A stretch of DNA of 64,000 nt from an uncultured Desulfurococcales archaeon (GTDB taxonomy: Archaea > Thermoproteota > Thermoprotei_A > CAZTBM01 > SZUA-1508). The notes beneath the pieces are model-generated. The model did not search any database. It worked only from the letters and a program-made list of their open reading frames with translations, and had not been told where the DNA came from. Where the stretch lies: assembly GCA_964611985.1 (NCBI GenBank), contig CAZTBM010000002.1, positions 12,802 to 76,801 on the forward strand, written 5' to 3'. The position numbers and the translations under genes are program-made. Position 1 is the stretch's first letter. Every line of letters starts with the position of its first letter. Below, one piece after another: positions 60,283 to 64,000 of this stretch.

Positions 60283-61359
60283 ATGCGGAGAGTTATAGTG
60301 CAAGGTGTAAATGGTATTAAATTTGTTAAGATAGTAGAAGAGAGTAAGCTTAGAAATCCCATTAAAGGTTTTGCTGAAGAGTCTCAACATATAGAGTATA
60401 GACGTGATCCACTTCTTGGTAGATGGTGTAGAATAAACATTTTAAGATCAAAGAGGCCTAAACAAGCAGAAAAGGCTATACCAGCCCTTAATGAGATCAT
60501 TGAGTCTAGTGCATGTAAATGTCCTTTCTGTAAAGAGAGAATTAATGAGAAAACGCCAATGTTCCCTAGTAGAATAATACCTGAGGGAAGAGTCTGGTTT
60601 GATAGTGCAAGTATGTTTCCCAATCTCCACCCATTTGCCAAGTATCATTCTATTGTAGTATTAGATGTGAACAAGCACTATACGGAACTAGGCGATCTTA
60701 GCCCTAAAATACTTTATGATGCCTTTGAAGCAATGATAGAGGCATCTACTAAGATTTACAAGAAGGACAAAAGAGCAAAATACGTCACAGTATCCATGAA
60801 TTTCCTATTCCCAGCTGGTGCATCAATAATACATCCACACTTACAAGTCATACAAGACACTAAGCCAACCTGGCTTTTGAGAATGGAAATATTAAAGTCG
60901 AGGAGATACTATAGAAAATTCAACTCTAACTACTGGCTTGACTTAGTAGAGTCAGAGAAAAAACTTTCAGAGAGACATGTATTCGATAGTAATGTTGCCT
61001 CATGGATATCTTCATTCGCCCCACTAGCAAATTATGAAATTACAGGTGTAGTAAAGAGAAAAACAAGTATTATAGAATTTACATCCAAAGAGTTAAGAGA
61101 GCTGGCCTGCGATATATCGAAAGTGCTTAACTCCCTAGCAAAGATAGGCGTAATGAGCGCTAATATGACATTCTACGACTTAGGATTCAATAGTGGATCA
61201 AGTGAGTTCTTTAATTTACATATAAGAATCATTGGTAGAAAGAACCCGTATCCAAACTATACCAATGATAGGGGCTTCATGGAAGCACTACATCTAGAGC
61301 CTGTAATAGAGATGTTACCAGAAGACTTAACCTTAAATATAAAAAGAGTTATAACGTAA
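60283..61359 (+). CDS. GalT-like HIT-superfamily nucleotidyltransferase (galactose-1-P uridylyltransferase family)
   Basis: CKCPFC zinc motif and HPHLQ (HxHxQ) active-site motif. 358 aa. Confidence 0.6.
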   Translation: MRRVIVQGVNGIKFVKIVEESKLRNPIKGFAEESQHIEYRRDPLLGRWCRINILRSKRPKQAEKAIPALNEIIESSACKCPFCKERINEKTPMFPSRIIPEGRVWFDSASMFPNLHPFAKYHSIVVLDVNKHYTELGDLSPKILYDAFEAMIEASTKIYKKDKRAKYVTVSMNFLFPAGASIIHPHLQVIQDTKPTWLLRMEILKSRRYYRKFNSNYWLDLVESEKKLSERHVFDSNVASWISSFAPLANYEITGVVKRKTSIIEFTSKELRELACDISKVLNSLAKIGVMSANMTFYDLGFNSGSSEFFNLHIRIIGRKNPYPNYTNDRGFMEALHLEPVIEMLPEDLTLNIKRVIT

Positions 61360-61576
61360 TTGAATCCCTCCTGTCTAAACTATATTATTTCACTAAACGA
61401 GTGCTTTATGAACAAAATACTCAAAATAAACACATTAATTAATCTTAGATTAGTAACATTTATGTACATACTTAGAGGATTCGTTTATAAGGTAAACTTT
61501 AGTATCCATTATAGTTAGTTTTATCTATACATTTCCATCCTAGTATATACTAGTCAGTTTGTCTTGAGGCCAGAAT

Positions 61577-63451
61577 ATGAAGAGACTAGTATTGCTCACT
61601 ATGCTTACTCTAATGCTTACTAGCTTACTGGTACCGCTTATCAGAGCTGACACTACAAGTGTAGACTTCGTAAGGATACTGGGGAGACTACCAGAAGGTG
61701 TCATTAGTGTGAGGCTGTTACCCGCGTATGAAGGATTCTTCGTAATGTACGTTAAGGATGATAGAACTATTGTAGAATATGTTCCCCCAGACGGAACATT
61801 AAAAGACGCAACCAAAGTAACAATATTAAATGGAACATACACTGAAGCAAACGTATACTACGATAAAACCAGTAAACTACACTACATAATACTAAACAGC
61901 ATAAAACAAAAGAAACTAACAACAATATGGTACAACACCAACACTAATAAGCTCATAAACACAACAGTAGTTTCTTACGATAAAATATTTAATAAAGTAG
62001 AACCAGTATTCGTAGTAAGTAAGGATATGATGGAAAAAGTGTTCACTATATTAGCTGAAGCAACCAAACTTCATAAACAGAATAAACATGAGGAAGCAGT
62101 AAAGCTAGAAAAAGAAGCAATGAGACTTATCAATGAAGCAAAGAAACCACTGGAATGTATTATTAAGCTTCCTGTACAACATGGTCTTTCATACTTAAAC
62201 TATACCATATTAGTGATAGTACCAGTCAAATTAATGAAAGAAATAGAAGAGGCATGGAAACAATACCTAAGGATGGAAGTACCACCTAGAGGGATAAACC
62301 TTACTAGAAAATATGGGTTTGAAGCAAATTTCATTCAAATTAAAATCGCTACTTTAAACAGAAATCTAAATAAATTAGTCTATGACTCCTTCAAAAGTCC
62401 ACCAACAATCTATAGTTATATGATTCCGCAAATATCAGCATATAGACTTTTTATCCTATGGAAATGGTTTTACAATAATATGGTATATCCCATAGAGTTA
62501 CATTACGATATCGCATTTACAGTTGATGAGAAAGGTATACATAAATATATGGAAACAAAAATGTTGGTTATTGGCGAAGCATACTGGATACTCTGTACTG
62601 ACCTTAACAGAACAACCTACTTAATAGAGGAAATTTCCTCTGGGAAGCTAAGTGTAGAAAAAGAAAATAGTGGTATGGGTGTTGGGTATGGTAAATTATT
62701 CTCATGGCTTACTCTATGTACGCCTAAGTCTACTGGTCTTGGCGATTTACTGGAGAGGGAGTATAGGGAGTACGGTGGAATAGCGGATTATTATGTCAGG
62801 ATTGCTGAGTGGTTACCAGCACCAATAATGGATGTATCCGTCTCAAATGAGAGATACTATTCATTCTACTTTACAGAGGCAAACGGAACATCACACCTTG
62901 TCATTGTAGACTTGGGAAGGATGATACCAGTGATACTGAAGAATCTTAAACGTGAAAAAGTTGAAAGAGCCTTCCTCAAGTCATACATGTTCAACGCGAT
63001 AAAACTAAACGTAGAGGGTTGTAGTAAAATAGTAGATATTGAAGGTGCAATAAACAGTAGCGTAGTATATGTTCTCATGGAAAACGGGTATATAATGAAG
63101 ATACTTTGCAAGGGATTATCTTACGACAATAGGGATATTAATGTAAAAGTTAGGTTAGTTTCAGGAAAGCCAAAACTAAAATGTGAGTTTACAAGGGAAA
63201 TGTATGAAGGGATAAAGGAGATACTAATGTCAGGAGAGAATATAAATAAACCATTAGAGGTCGCGCAAAAACTATACTATGGTAGCACTTCTAGAACATC
63301 ACCACTTAACATAGTAAGTGTAGTGTCTGAGACAGGAGAAAAAGCGAAAACAATATTTCAAGAAATACTAGAGAAATACATGCTAATAATCCTCATATTA
63401 GTGTTAGGAGTAGCAATAACGATAGCAGTACTAATAGCAAGAACACGGTAA
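61577..63451 (+). CDS. Secreted/cell-surface hypothetical protein (signal peptide + C-terminal TM anchor)
   Basis: 624 aa. N-terminal LVLLTMLTLMLTSLLVPLIRA signal. C-terminal MLIILILVLGVAITIAVLIARTR anchor. Confidence 0.55.
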   Translation: MKRLVLLTMLTLMLTSLLVPLIRADTTSVDFVRILGRLPEGVISVRLLPAYEGFFVMYVKDDRTIVEYVPPDGTLKDATKVTILNGTYTEANVYYDKTSKLHYIILNSIKQKKLTTIWYNTNTNKLINTTVVSYDKIFNKVEPVFVVSKDMMEKVFTILAEATKLHKQNKHEEAVKLEKEAMRLINEAKKPLECIIKLPVQHGLSYLNYTILVIVPVKLMKEIEEAWKQYLRMEVPPRGINLTRKYGFEANFIQIKIATLNRNLNKLVYDSFKSPPTIYSYMIPQISAYRLFILWKWFYNNMVYPIELHYDIAFTVDEKGIHKYMETKMLVIGEAYWILCTDLNRTTYLIEEISSGKLSVEKENSGMGVGYGKLFSWLTLCTPKSTGLGDLLEREYREYGGIADYYVRIAEWLPAPIMDVSVSNERYYSFYFTEANGTSHLVIVDLGRMIPVILKNLKREKVERAFLKSYMFNAIKLNVEGCSKIVDIEGAINSSVVYVLMENGYIMKILCKGLSYDNRDINVKVRLVSGKPKLKCEFTREMYEGIKEILMSGENINKPLEVAQKLYYGSTSRTSPLNIVSVVSETGEKAKTIFQEILEKYMLIILILVLGVAITIAVLIARTR

Positions 63452-63455
63452 ACTT

Positions 63456-63972
63456 TTATGGCGGTGGAACAGGCGAACATGCACACGAGTACGTTATAGT
63501 ACACGTACTAAAACCATAGCAGAAACCACCAAATACGAGAGAGCAACCACCCTTCTCATAGAGCAGTAGAGTTTGATAGTTATTTAACCATACATCATTA
63601 ACAATTACACCACAGCAATGGTACCATGTTATACATCCACAATATCCTGTACATTGTCCGCTATATCCTACTCTATAGCAGTCACATACTACACTAGGAA
63701 CAGGTTCTGCATTAGTATAAGCTCCGTTTATGTATTTACATGAGTAGCATGTTTTGTGTTATTGTGGTTGTTACTGTTATTTCTGTGTAGTCGTATACTT
63801 GTGTTGTTTCGGTTACTGTGTCTGTGAAGGTTTCCGTCACGGTTACTGCCTTGGTTGTTGTAATGGTTATAATTGAGGTTATGTACACTCGATTGTAGTC
63901 TGTTGCTGTAATAATACCATGTATAGTACTGGCTGTATTTAATAGTGTACATTTAATAGTAAACGAATACAC
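63456..63972 (-). pseudogene. Partial Thr/Val-rich surface-protein gene (continues beyond window end) whose Cys-rich C-terminal segment is in the +1 frame (frameshift or pseudogene)
   Basis: Minus-strand ORF open from the window edge to a stop at about 63736 (…TVTETFTDTVTETTQ…). Immediately downstream, a 100-codon Cys-rich frame (…VVCDCYRVGYSGQCTGYCGCITWYHCCG…CACSPVPPP*) runs to 63456 with no start codon of its own. Confidence 0.4.
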
Positions 63973-64000
63973 ATGTATATAGGGCTGTGTCTCGTAAGAC

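Noticed and set aside
1-64000. Search for tRNA/rRNA genes and CRISPR arrays
   Set aside because: I saw no GC-rich 70-90-nt cloverleaf-like islands in the intergenic regions and no regularly spaced direct repeats. I found none by eye, but a tRNAscan/CRISPR-finder run would be needed to be definitive.

Overview
This is an AT-rich archaeal chromosomal window that looks crenarchaeal and Sulfolobales-like. The evidence is the LysW-carrier lysine/arginine gene set, Thr/Val-rich linkers in secreted proteins, frequent 1-26 nt start/stop overlaps and GAGGTG/GGTGAT Shine-Dalgarno-like motifs inside operons. It is mostly core metabolism: lipoate ligase halves plus a radical-SAM gene; a lysW-lysX-lysY-lysZ-lysM / second lysW-like-argX-lysJ-lysK cluster; a leuA-family-leuC-leuD-leuB operon; a glycerol block (gpsA, ABC importer, glpK plus a degenerate FGGY paralogue); argG-argH; AOR; two tandem PiT phosphate transporters with DUF47; AsnRS; GlnA; TrpB2. 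I found no rRNA, tRNA or CRISPR array. The most notable items are a 530-aa LAGLIDADG intein inside an Lhr-type helicase gene; a second, divergent LysW-like carrier ORF missed by the >=60-aa ORF track; a 305-bp perfectly identical gene-conversion tract between the PiT paralogues; an orphan hypD; a co-directional Yip1-DUF4097-wHTH module; a TtuA/TtuB-like pair; and a frameshifted Thr-rich/Cys-rich surface gene at the 3' edge. All calls are from reading the sequence and remembered family motifs. No database search was run.
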